Notes under the pieces: generated by a model | What the model was told of the DNA's origin: nothing | The model's database searches: none | What the model saw: only the letters and a program-made list of their open reading frames with translations | NCBI GenBank assembly: GCA_965227295.1 | Contig: OZ245742.1 | Location: 1,184,001 to 1,248,000, forward strand | Direction of reading: 5' to 3' | Origin: Leptonemataceae bacterium | GTDB taxonomy: Bacteria > Spirochaetota > Leptospiria > Leptospirales > Leptonemataceae | Length of the DNA stretch: 64,000 bases | Part shown: piece by piece, positions 18,844-27,442 of the stretch | How the letters are laid out: each line of letters opens with the position of its first letter | How positions within the stretch are numbered: position 1 is the first letter of the stretch | Position numbers and translations under genes: made by a program

Positions 18844-19778
18844 TCCTGGCCGGCGCGGAGTCCATGTCTTTACATCGTATCGTTCTTATCGTAATCGTCC
18901 TGTGTGTATCCGTTTCCGTATCCGCGGAAACCATCTATCTCAAAAACGGTTTGAAGATTCCCGGTCAAATCGTCGGTCAGGATCGTGAGTCCATTCGCAT
19001 CAAAACCCTGAACGGCGGAGTCCGACGCATTCTCAAAAGTCAGGTTCGGCGCGTAACGTACGAGCCTGTGGCCGAGACCCGTCGTCGTGAAGAAGCGGCG
19101 CAGAAGCGGGCCGAAGAGGCAGCTCGTCGCAAGGAAGAAGAAGAGCAGCGCAAGAAAGAAGAAGAGGCGGCCAGGAGAGCCGAGGAAGAGGCCAAAGAAG
19201 CCGAAGAGGCCGCAAAGAACGAAGAGAACCAGGAGAAGCGCGCGGAGGAAGAAGCCGCCCGCAAAGAAGAAGAAGAGCGCGAGCAACGTGAAGCCGCGTA
19301 CGAATCCGGCGAGCCGTATCGCATGGAAGCCCTGCTGCGCAGCCTCATCCTGCCCGGCTGGGGCCAGTACTATCAGGGTCGTAGCGGCGCCGCGTTCGGA
19401 ATCGGCGGAGCCTTTTTCGCCTCGGCCGCCGGCATGAGCTACTACGATCGCATCTACGCATCCCGGCGTAACGACTACGAAACTTCGGCCAATCAGTTTT
19501 TTCTGACGTCGCCGTTGTTCCTTTCGTCGGCCGGCTTCTCCATTTCCAGTCCGCTGCAACTGGCGCCTCTCGGGTTCGGCATTGCTCAGAATACTTCCGC
19601 GGCGCGCGTGCGCATGGAAGACGCGGCGCGCTGGTCGAACAACTTCCGCACGCTGTTGGTGGGTCTGTATGTTTGGAACCTGGCCGATGTATTGATCTTC
19701 CATCCGTCAGCGGACCAGGAAGTCGGCGTCTCGGTAAGACCGGGCGGCGCGGGTATGCGCTACAGTTTCTATTTCTGA
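18840..19778 (+). CDS. Exported protein: LA_0442-like N-terminal domain, E/K/R/A coiled coil, DUF5683-like C-terminus
   Basis: Signal peptide, ETIYLKNG..I.GQIVGQD, repeated EEAARRKEEEE, RSLILPGWGQYY, YVWNLAD, terminal Phe. Alternative start at ATG 18864. Confidence 0.75.
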   Translation: MILAGAESMSLHRIVLIVIVLCVSVSVSAETIYLKNGLKIPGQIVGQDRESIRIKTLNGGVRRILKSQVRRVTYEPVAETRRREEAAQKRAEEAARRKEEEEQRKKEEEAARRAEEEAKEAEEAAKNEENQEKRAEEEAARKEEEEREQREAAYESGEPYRMEALLRSLILPGWGQYYQGRSGAAFGIGGAFFASAAGMSYYDRIYASRRNDYETSANQFFLTSPLFLSSAGFSISSPLQLAPLGFGIAQNTSAARVRMEDAARWSNNFRTLLVGLYVWNLADVLIFHPSADQEVGVSVRPGGAGMRYSFYF

Positions 19779-19787
19779 GCCTCGCCC

Positions 19788-20531
19788 TTGCGGATCCTCG
19801 TTCTCACCGGCATTCAGGAAGAACTGTTGCCGCTGTTGGAACTGCACGACTTCGCATTTGATCGCGGTGTCGGTGCCTATCGCTCCAAACGTTCCTCCGA
19901 GGTCTACGCTGCCACCACGGGCCCCGGCGTTAAGAAGGCCCGGGAACTCCGCCGCCTCCTGGAATCCGTGGTCCCGCACGTCATCGTAAACGGCGGACTC
20001 ACCGGTTTACTCAAAGAAGAAGATGATGCTCGTGCGGGGGATCGCCTCCGCCTGGGGTCCGTAGTGGACCGGCGGACGGGGGTCATTTATCCCGGCGGGC
20101 CCGGTCGCGATCGCCTGGTGAGCGTGGAGGCGCCGTTGTTTGAGCCCGCCGACAAGATGGACGTTGCCCTGGACTTTCAGGCGCGAGCCTGTGAGATGGA
20201 AGCCGCGCACATTCTGCGCATTGTCGGTCAAATCGAGGAAGTGTCCTCCGGGTCGGTCGTGATTTTCTGCAAGGTTGTCGGTGATCGGCCGGATTCGTAT
20301 CATCTGTTTCAACACGAGCACCTGGTGCGCGCCTGGCACCGCAAGCAGTACCTTGAGAAATGGTGGGCCGGGCTGCGCTTTCCGGGGGGACCCTGGCGGC
20401 TCCAGGAATTGTTGGCCATGAAAGAGACGGCCCTGGCATCACTCGGTCGCCGGCTCGCCGCGTTGATCGATCGGATCGTGCGGGCGAAGGGCGTACCGGC
20501 GAAAACGGACAGCATTTTTATTCCCCACTGA
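19788..20531 (+). CDS. Nucleoside phosphorylase / MTA-SAH nucleosidase-fold protein
   Basis: GIQEE, TGPG, IVNGG..G, CEMEAA, KVVGD match the PNP_UDP_1 motif order; TTG start. Confidence 0.7.
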   Translation: MRILVLTGIQEELLPLLELHDFAFDRGVGAYRSKRSSEVYAATTGPGVKKARELRRLLESVVPHVIVNGGLTGLLKEEDDARAGDRLRLGSVVDRRTGVIYPGGPGRDRLVSVEAPLFEPADKMDVALDFQARACEMEAAHILRIVGQIEEVSSGSVVIFCKVVGDRPDSYHLFQHEHLVRAWHRKQYLEKWWAGLRFPGGPWRLQELLAMKETALASLGRRLAALIDRIVRAKGVPAKTDSIFIPH

Positions 20532-20569
20532 TTCCTCCCCCGCGTCGATATTGACTGATAGGCGACTCC

Positions 20570-22135
20570 ATGGTTACCCTCGTCCTCGGCATCTCACTGT
20601 TTCTGTTGGCCCTGGGCGCACTGTACTATTTCACCATCTACGATCGGGGCAGTGTCTATGATCGCGCGCTGACCCTGGCGAAGTCCGGCAACTACATGGA
20701 CGCCCGGGCCCTCATTCGATCCCGGGTGGAGCGCAATCCCGACGATTCTCGCGCGCACTACTTCATGTCGCGCATCTACGCCGAGGAGGGGAATGAGGAT
20801 CAGGAGCTGGATCACCTCAAGCAGATCAAACGCATCAACCGCTACTCTTCCGACATCTCGCCGACGCAGGTCATCGGTCGCATCGGGCAAATCTACTACG
20901 AGGACGATCGCCTGGGCGAGGCCTTCGAGAACTACCTGGATATGCTCCAGTTCGATCCGAACCACGAGGCCGCCCTGGCGAATATCTCGTTCCTGGCTAT
21001 CGGCCAGGGTGAGTTTGAAACGGCGGAGAAGTACTTTAAGCGCCTGGTGAAAGTGGCTCCCACGGTTGCGGACTATCACATTGCGCGCGGCGTAGGCCTG
21101 GCCATGCTGAAAGAAAAAGAAGAGGCCCTGGAAGAACTGAAGCTCGGCCTGGCGCAGGAGCCGAAGAACCAGGCCGCGCAATTTTTGACGGCGCTGCAAT
21201 CGTTCAAAGCGAACGATTTTGAAGGGGCCGCAAAAATCCTGGAACAGCTTCTTCCGCGCGTGACGGACATCTACGTGGCCTACATTACAAACCGCCTGGC
21301 GACGGTGGTTTCGTACCTGGCCCAGGACTACGAGAGCGCCGTGAAGCATGCCGAGCGTTGTCTCGATACCGCCTTGAAAGAAGAATGGGACGGCGAAGAG
21401 TACGATGCGCGATTGTCCGTGGCGTACATGGCCATGCTCCAGGGAAATCTGGACAAGGCCAACGAGCACCTGCTGGAACTTGAGATCCGCAATCCCACCG
21501 ACGACCTGGTGATGAAAATCTCGGACTTTCGCATGGACCTGGAGGAACAGGTGGCGCAGATCGATCAGGTGAGTCCGCGGGGCTTCGACTTCGTTTCGCA
21601 CTTACAGGATTGGGCCCGGCAGCGTTTTCATGACGACGCCCTCTATCGCCTCTCGGGTCTCAAGATGGAGCAGGAGTTCGACGTGCTCGCCTACTTCACC
21701 AGCGAAGGTGCCGTGAAAAAAACCGACCCGTCTCAGGATTCCGATGTGAATCCGGATGAACTCATTGCGCGGTTCAACAGTCTCAAAGGGGACTCGTTCA
21801 AGTCGGCGTGCCAGAGCATCATCTCGCTCCTGGGCTTCAAGGTACAGAAAGAGCTGCAGTACCGCGACAAAGACGGCGCCGACTTCATAGCGGTGAGCCT
21901 TGCCGACAAAAAGATCAAGGCGCTCTTTCGCATTCGCCAGTGGTCCGGGGCACCGATCTCGGATATCTTTCTGCGCGATCAGCAAAACTATATGAACGAA
22001 CTGAAAGTAAACCAGGGTTTCGTGGTCGCCGGCGCGCGTCTCACCGGCGGTGCCGAGCAGGCCCTGGAGCAACTCAAGAAGATCACCGTGGTCAACGAAC
22101 AGGCCTTCGGTGAAATCTTACAAAAGGTCCTGTGA
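20570..22135 (+). CDS. Membrane-anchored TPR protein with C-terminal Mrr-like (restriction endonuclease-fold) domain
   Basis: N-terminal TM, many TPRs, C-terminal F...C..II..LGFKV...DGADFIA...RQWSG.PISD..LRD...G.VV...LT.GA. Confidence 0.8.
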   Translation: MVTLVLGISLFLLALGALYYFTIYDRGSVYDRALTLAKSGNYMDARALIRSRVERNPDDSRAHYFMSRIYAEEGNEDQELDHLKQIKRINRYSSDISPTQVIGRIGQIYYEDDRLGEAFENYLDMLQFDPNHEAALANISFLAIGQGEFETAEKYFKRLVKVAPTVADYHIARGVGLAMLKEKEEALEELKLGLAQEPKNQAAQFLTALQSFKANDFEGAAKILEQLLPRVTDIYVAYITNRLATVVSYLAQDYESAVKHAERCLDTALKEEWDGEEYDARLSVAYMAMLQGNLDKANEHLLELEIRNPTDDLVMKISDFRMDLEEQVAQIDQVSPRGFDFVSHLQDWARQRFHDDALYRLSGLKMEQEFDVLAYFTSEGAVKKTDPSQDSDVNPDELIARFNSLKGDSFKSACQSIISLLGFKVQKELQYRDKDGADFIAVSLADKKIKALFRIRQWSGAPISDIFLRDQQNYMNELKVNQGFVVAGARLTGGAEQALEQLKKITVVNEQAFGEILQKVL

Positions 22136-22728
22136 TGTCGCGTTCTGGTTGGATGATGGTCATACTTGCGGTTGCATTCGCGCTGAGTGCCTGCGATCCG
22201 CAGCCGGAACACGAGGAACGTTCCGCCGCCGCCATGCGTAAGTTCGAAGACATGCCCCGGGTAAAAATCGGGGCCGTGCCTGGCGACGATCCGCAGGTTC
22301 GCGCGGACGTCGAGGCCGCCGTGGATTTGCTGGAAGAGTTGATCGCCATGGTGGATCGGCGGGACCTCGCGGCCCTGCCCGAGCACGTGAATCAGGAGCG
22401 CGGACTCTATGTCGACCTGAAGGCCCATCGGGAGTTCGCCGACATTGCCGCCGATGTCCGGAACCCGTCCGGATATCTGAACACGTACTACCTGGATACC
22501 GAGGCCCTGCGGCAGCGCAGCGGTGATCCGGAAAGCGTGGCCGTGCGGGACGTGCTGCGGCTGAGCCGCACGATTATTGCCGACGCGTATCTCAGCCGCA
22601 CGGATTCCGGCGAGCGCCAGGTTGAATTACGGTTGCGGCTCGAAGACGCTCCGACGAAAAGCTACTATCTGAACAATCCGGTCTTTGTGAAAGATGAGAC
22701 GGGTTGGACGGTGTTTCGGCTCTTCTGA
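22132..22728 (+). CDS. Hypothetical lipoprotein
   Basis: Lipobox FALSAC; start overlaps the upstream stop. Confidence 0.75.
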   Translation: MMSRSGWMMVILAVAFALSACDPQPEHEERSAAAMRKFEDMPRVKIGAVPGDDPQVRADVEAAVDLLEELIAMVDRRDLAALPEHVNQERGLYVDLKAHREFADIAADVRNPSGYLNTYYLDTEALRQRSGDPESVAVRDVLRLSRTIIADAYLSRTDSGERQVELRLRLEDAPTKSYYLNNPVFVKDETGWTVFRLF

Positions 22729-24713
22729 GTGTTCGCTTGCGTTTTTGGTACATAAAGATCCCCGCCACGATTTTGATCGTGCTCGGCACGGCCTTGCTCG
22801 TGCGTTCCGCCCTGGACCAGTCGTGGGCGTTCCTGCTGGAGAAGTGTCCGAACACCGACGTACTTTTGTGGGACGCGAACCTGCGATTGTTGACGGTCCT
22901 CGATCAGTACCAGGACCTGCGCGACGGCGACGTCGTCCGGGCCCTCTACCCGGTGTTTGACGCTCCCACCTGGCCGACGCTCCGAAACTTCCTGTCTCTG
23001 ACGCTCTTTTTCGTAAACCCCGGCGGGCCGAGCACCATCGTCGATATTTCGATCAGCTTCGTGTTCTACATTCTGATCTTTCCGTCGATTCTGCTGATCG
23101 CCTTCGAGATTACGCGCGACTGGTTGCGCGCCGCGCTGATCTTCTTCTTCGCTTCGATGATGATCATTCACGCGCGGGAGTTTCCGGTGTACTCGCTCTC
23201 CGCGATGCTTGAGACCCAGGGCATGTTTTTCATGCTCTGGACCACGTACTTTCTATTTAAGATTTACGAGAACTTCGCCTTTCGGGAGGCTTCGCTAATT
23301 GTTCGCGAGCGTAAGTTTGTGCCGCGACGCAAGCGGTTCTTCTGGGGACTGTTGATTTTCAGTCAGGGGCTCTTCCATACGAAGTACCCTTACGGCATCA
23401 TGCTGATCCTCGCCATCTTCGCCGTGGACATTTTGCGCGGCCCCGGGCGTTACATTGATCTGCTGGCGTTGATGTTTGATCAGCACTTCTTCGGCAAGCG
23501 CCGCTCCCGGTGGCAGACGTTCTTTTTCGTGCTGCGCATTCTGGTGCTGGTGAACTTCGTCGGCGCAGTCGTGGCGAACGCCTTCGGTGTGCCGCTGACG
23601 AAGTACGTCAAGGACGCGTTCTTCTTCGTACTCGTGGTGTTCTTCATCGATGTGAACGTCTACTTCTTCCGCAATCGATTCGCCCTTGCGCGACTCATGG
23701 GCGCGGCCACAGCCCAGGTCTACGTCGCCGTCGTACTGCCCACCGCGGCCTGGATGTTGCTGCATCCCGATCGTGTTTCGAGCATCATCGGTACCCAGCA
23801 GCATTCCCAGGAAGCCGGTCGTAGTTATACGCAGAGTCTGGCCACGAACGTCTTCGACGATCCCCTGCCGTTTCTGGTCATGAGCGCCCTGGCCGGTATT
23901 GCGTTGCTGATCTTTCTCATTGCCCGGGCGCGGCGGGGAGTCGAGCGTGGTGAGCGCCTGGATACGTTACTGGCGAATTTCGGCCGACCGTTGACCGCGG
24001 CGACGTTCGTCCTCTTATTTCAGTTCCTGATCATGGAACTGCTCACCGACAATAAGCAGCTCCGGCACATCTATCACCTGGTGCCGGCTCTCCTGGTCGT
24101 AGCCGGCGCCTGGGTGATGCGCTTTCCGTACCTGCTCGGCCTTTCCGGTCCGCGTTTCGTTAACGTCCGCCGCGGCATTGTGCTGCTCACTCTGGCGTTG
24201 CCGTTGATCGCCGTGCGGCCGGTCCTCGCACCGGGTGGATTGCTGGCCGGTCAGATCTTGCCGGCGGAACCCGACGTTGCGTACGTGCAGGCGCGGCACA
24301 TGTGTTTCACCGGAACGGAACGCGAGGTGTACGAACCCGTGCGTTGGTTCGCGCTGCGCCTGGACCCGGCGAAGCGGTACATCTTACTGAACTCGTTTCA
24401 TCATATCTATGAACCGGTGCCGGGGCGGTTTCTCGCGACGGACTTCGACCTGCTGCTGCGCATGCGAACTCTGCAGCAGGGTGCTGTGCGCAACGACTCG
24501 CAGTATCGCCGGGACAACTGGGAAGAATTCGACGCCGCGTTGCTGTTGACGCAGTCATGTGATGATGCTTTCGCGCAGGCGGCCGCCGATGAGCTGCAGC
24601 AACGCGCCGCGAAGTTGGGCCATCAGGTTACGCTTACGTCCGCGTACGCGCACCCGACCGCGCCGCTGTGTTTGCGTGAGTATCGCCTGGAATCGATGCG
24701 CTCCGAACCGTAG
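22704..24713 (+). CDS. Polytopic membrane protein, probable GT-C-fold glycosyltransferase
   Basis: About 12-13 TMs; acidic DVLLWDAN loop after TM1; MLET, TKYPYG, RHIYHL.P; soluble C-terminal domain. Confidence 0.6.
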   Translation: MDGVSALLSVRLRFWYIKIPATILIVLGTALLVRSALDQSWAFLLEKCPNTDVLLWDANLRLLTVLDQYQDLRDGDVVRALYPVFDAPTWPTLRNFLSLTLFFVNPGGPSTIVDISISFVFYILIFPSILLIAFEITRDWLRAALIFFFASMMIIHAREFPVYSLSAMLETQGMFFMLWTTYFLFKIYENFAFREASLIVRERKFVPRRKRFFWGLLIFSQGLFHTKYPYGIMLILAIFAVDILRGPGRYIDLLALMFDQHFFGKRRSRWQTFFFVLRILVLVNFVGAVVANAFGVPLTKYVKDAFFFVLVVFFIDVNVYFFRNRFALARLMGAATAQVYVAVVLPTAAWMLLHPDRVSSIIGTQQHSQEAGRSYTQSLATNVFDDPLPFLVMSALAGIALLIFLIARARRGVERGERLDTLLANFGRPLTAATFVLLFQFLIMELLTDNKQLRHIYHLVPALLVVAGAWVMRFPYLLGLSGPRFVNVRRGIVLLTLALPLIAVRPVLAPGGLLAGQILPAEPDVAYVQARHMCFTGTEREVYEPVRWFALRLDPAKRYILLNSFHHIYEPVPGRFLATDFDLLLRMRTLQQGAVRNDSQYRRDNWEEFDAALLLTQSCDDAFAQAAADELQQRAAKLGHQVTLTSAYAHPTAPLCLREYRLESMRSEP

Positions 24714-24725
24714 CGAGCCGTGCAC

Positions 24726-26207
24726 TCAGCTCTTGCGTGCCTGCAAGAATCGCTTGAACACCACGACGTTCGTTGCGCCGATCCATTCGTTCATATTCTC
24801 CCGGAAAAGTTCCTGGCGGGTCTGTGTGCGCTTCACTTCTTCCGGAAGCTTCGCGTACTCTTCCATGGCCCGCTGAGAAACTTCTCCGTGCATGCGCTTT
24901 ACAGCCATGACGATTTGCTTGTACGTCGGGTAGTCGTCGCGCTGCTCATTATCAATCTTCGGCAATACTTCCTCGCGCCAGAACTCCAGGACCGCCTTGC
25001 GAATGAGTTCGCCGGGCATGAATTTCGTAATCACGCGTTTGTTCGGCGCCTTGCGGTGCAGCGCGCCGGTTTTCGCTTCCTGTAGAAACTTCACGGTTAG
25101 GTTAAAGAACGCCGGCGGGCCCAGGTGATACAGGAACAGGTCCCGGTACTTCGGCTGCACGCCGACGTTGAGCGTGGTAATGTCGATCACCAGATTAAAG
25201 AACGCTTTCAGGAACTGCACGTACTCCCCTTCAATGTCCTTCTGTTCGTGGAGGCGTGCTTTGCGAGAGACGTTTATGATGAAATCGCTTTTAATGAACT
25301 GCTGATCCGCGCCCATGTGCGTATCCATGTAAACGACATGGCGGAAGCGTTCGCGTTCTTCTTCCAGGGCCCGCGGATCGTACTGAAAGTAGTAGTGCGG
25401 CGTTTGGTTCCATGCGGCCGAACCGGAGGCGTCCAGGCGCCAGTCATCGAGTTGCGGTGCCGGCCCGGTCGGAGTTCCACCCGCCCGGCGTTGCTCCGGC
25501 AGTACGGCGGTACCGAGCTGCTTCGGGTCCAGGCGTTCATCGTTTGCGAAGATGGCGTCCACGTAGCGATCCAGGTTTGGCGTGTAAATCGTAGAGAGGG
25601 TGTACTCGATTTCAGGACTGTAGATGGCCGCGCCGGCAAGTTGCTTCGAAGTGGCGGGGTCGCGTTGGAGATGTAAGATTTTTCCCATGCGGTCCAGGAA
25701 GAGACGCAACGCCTGGTTGCCGTCCACCGCGGGACGAACAGCCTGGGCGGAAAGCTGTCGGCGGATCTCCGAGTTGTCTCCAATGCGGGCCTCGTCCAGA
25801 CCGTTTAGTATCGTATTCCAGAGATCGGCGGATGTCTCGCAGAAGTTTTGCAGATAGACGTACGTTTTCAGATACGCCACGAAAGCCTGACGATGATCGG
25901 TAACATCGCCTGAGAAAATGTTATGATATTCCCTGCGGGCCTCTTTGTCGATATTCGACGGATGCAGGTCCGAAGCCAGCTCACGGCAGAGCTTTTGAAT
26001 GTCGGTCAGGGCCTTGTCGATCTCGGCCCGGTGGGGCCCGAGCTTGCCGCGGTCTTCGCCGCTGAGGATGGACGACGAGAGTAGCTGCTGGGCCGTGCGG
26101 GCGGCCTCCTGGTGGCGTTCCAGAATGGCCGAATAGCCCGTCTTGAACGGGGAGAGGCGGGCTATTTCGTCCCGGTCGCTGCTTTCGTTTTGCTGATTGA
26201 GGTCCAC
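24726..26207 (-). CDS. Hypothetical, largely helical cytoplasmic protein
   Basis: Long ORF with genome-like codon usage; start uncertain (GTG 26207, ORF open to 26282). Confidence 0.75.
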   Translation of the reverse strand: MDLNQQNESSDRDEIARLSPFKTGYSAILERHQEAARTAQQLLSSSILSGEDRGKLGPHRAEIDKALTDIQKLCRELASDLHPSNIDKEARREYHNIFSGDVTDHRQAFVAYLKTYVYLQNFCETSADLWNTILNGLDEARIGDNSEIRRQLSAQAVRPAVDGNQALRLFLDRMGKILHLQRDPATSKQLAGAAIYSPEIEYTLSTIYTPNLDRYVDAIFANDERLDPKQLGTAVLPEQRRAGGTPTGPAPQLDDWRLDASGSAAWNQTPHYYFQYDPRALEEERERFRHVVYMDTHMGADQQFIKSDFIINVSRKARLHEQKDIEGEYVQFLKAFFNLVIDITTLNVGVQPKYRDLFLYHLGPPAFFNLTVKFLQEAKTGALHRKAPNKRVITKFMPGELIRKAVLEFWREEVLPKIDNEQRDDYPTYKQIVMAVKRMHGEVSQRAMEEYAKLPEEVKRTQTRQELFRENMNEWIGATNVVVFKRFLQARKS

Positions 26208-26255
26208 GGAATCCGCTTGATTGCTTGCGTGGTGTCGTTCCACTGACAGGCGTAC

Positions 26256-27440
26256 ATGTCTGTCCGCATCTACACGCAGCATTCGATGATACCGTCCCCC
26301 ACCGGTTGTCTGTCAACCCGGTACGCCGTCGCCGTACTCGCGCTGCTGCTCCTTTTCACAGCCTGCCGCAGTTCTACCGGCGATGCGAACCGCGGCACCA
26401 ATCCGGATCCCCGGGGCCAGATCGACGAGCGACCCGACGCGGTCCCGAAGACGGAAAAAGATCCTGTGAGCGTCTTGTTTGCCGGGGACACGCATTTCGA
26501 GTGGGGGGTCGCCGATCAACAGCAGAAGGGCGGCCTTATCTCTCCGGTGCGTCAGGTGGCGCCCATCTTTCACCGGGCGGACTATCGTATCCTGAATCTC
26601 GAGACCGCCGTAACGGATAAAGGCAAGCCTTACGTCCTCAAGTCCTACATCTTCAACACGGCGCCGGAGAACTTGCGTCTGTTGGAGTACCTGGGATTGG
26701 ACCTGGCGCTCCTGGGCAATAATCACGCCATGGACATGGGTAGCGAAGGACTCAGTCGCACCGTGCGGTACTTGCGTCGGGCCGGTATCGCTTCCGTCGG
26801 CGCCGGTGACGACTACGATGCGGCGTCGTCGCCGTTTTACTTTGAGCGACGCGGCGTGCGATTTGCCGTCGTATCGTTCAGTGCCATCGGCGAGACGGAC
26901 ATCTTCAGCAGCCGTCGCCGTCCCGGGGTAGCCGGCGTGAATCAGCGCGCAGTACTCAGCCGCGTGCGGGAAGCCCGGCGCGAGGCCGACCACGTCATCG
27001 TCTCATTTCACTGGGGCACCGAATACTACGCCCACGCTTCGGCGAGCCAGCGTTCTCTGGCGCGCAACCTCATCAACGCCGGTGCCACGGCGATCATCGG
27101 TCATCATCCTCACGTTCCGCAGGGAGTGGAAATGTATCGCGGCGGAGTGATTGCGTACTCCATCGGTAACTTTCTTTTCGGAAGCATTAACGAACAACAG
27201 ACGCACAACATGATCGTGCAGTTGGAAGTGAATGCGAAGACGAAAACCTTCGAAGGTTTGCGCATCTTTCCGGTCTGGGGCGTATACCGTGAAGAAGGTA
27301 ACAGAACGCGTCCGCTGAGCACGGCCGAAGCCTCGGACTTCTGGGAAGACTTGTACGTGATGTCGATGGAACTGTCCCCGGCGACGGCAAAGAAGATTCA
27401 ACTGGCCGACGACGGTTCCGGTTACATTGAAGCGAAGTAA
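26256..27440 (+). CDS. CapA / PGA_cap family metallophosphoesterase-like lipoprotein
   Basis: Lipobox LLFTAC; FAGD, NLET, GNNHAMD.G, SFHWG.EY, GHHPHVPQ, YSIGNF. Confidence 0.9.
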   Translation: MSVRIYTQHSMIPSPTGCLSTRYAVAVLALLLLFTACRSSTGDANRGTNPDPRGQIDERPDAVPKTEKDPVSVLFAGDTHFEWGVADQQQKGGLISPVRQVAPIFHRADYRILNLETAVTDKGKPYVLKSYIFNTAPENLRLLEYLGLDLALLGNNHAMDMGSEGLSRTVRYLRRAGIASVGAGDDYDAASSPFYFERRGVRFAVVSFSAIGETDIFSSRRRPGVAGVNQRAVLSRVREARREADHVIVSFHWGTEYYAHASASQRSLARNLINAGATAIIGHHPHVPQGVEMYRGGVIAYSIGNFLFGSINEQQTHNMIVQLEVNAKTKTFEGLRIFPVWGVYREEGNRTRPLSTAEASDFWEDLYVMSMELSPATAKKIQLADDGSGYIEAK

Positions 27441-27442
27441 GC

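Noticed and set aside
19080..19300. GAAGAAG-rich repeats as a possible CRISPR or tandem array
   Set aside because: In-frame coding repeats of Glu/Lys/Ala with no repeat-spacer structure.
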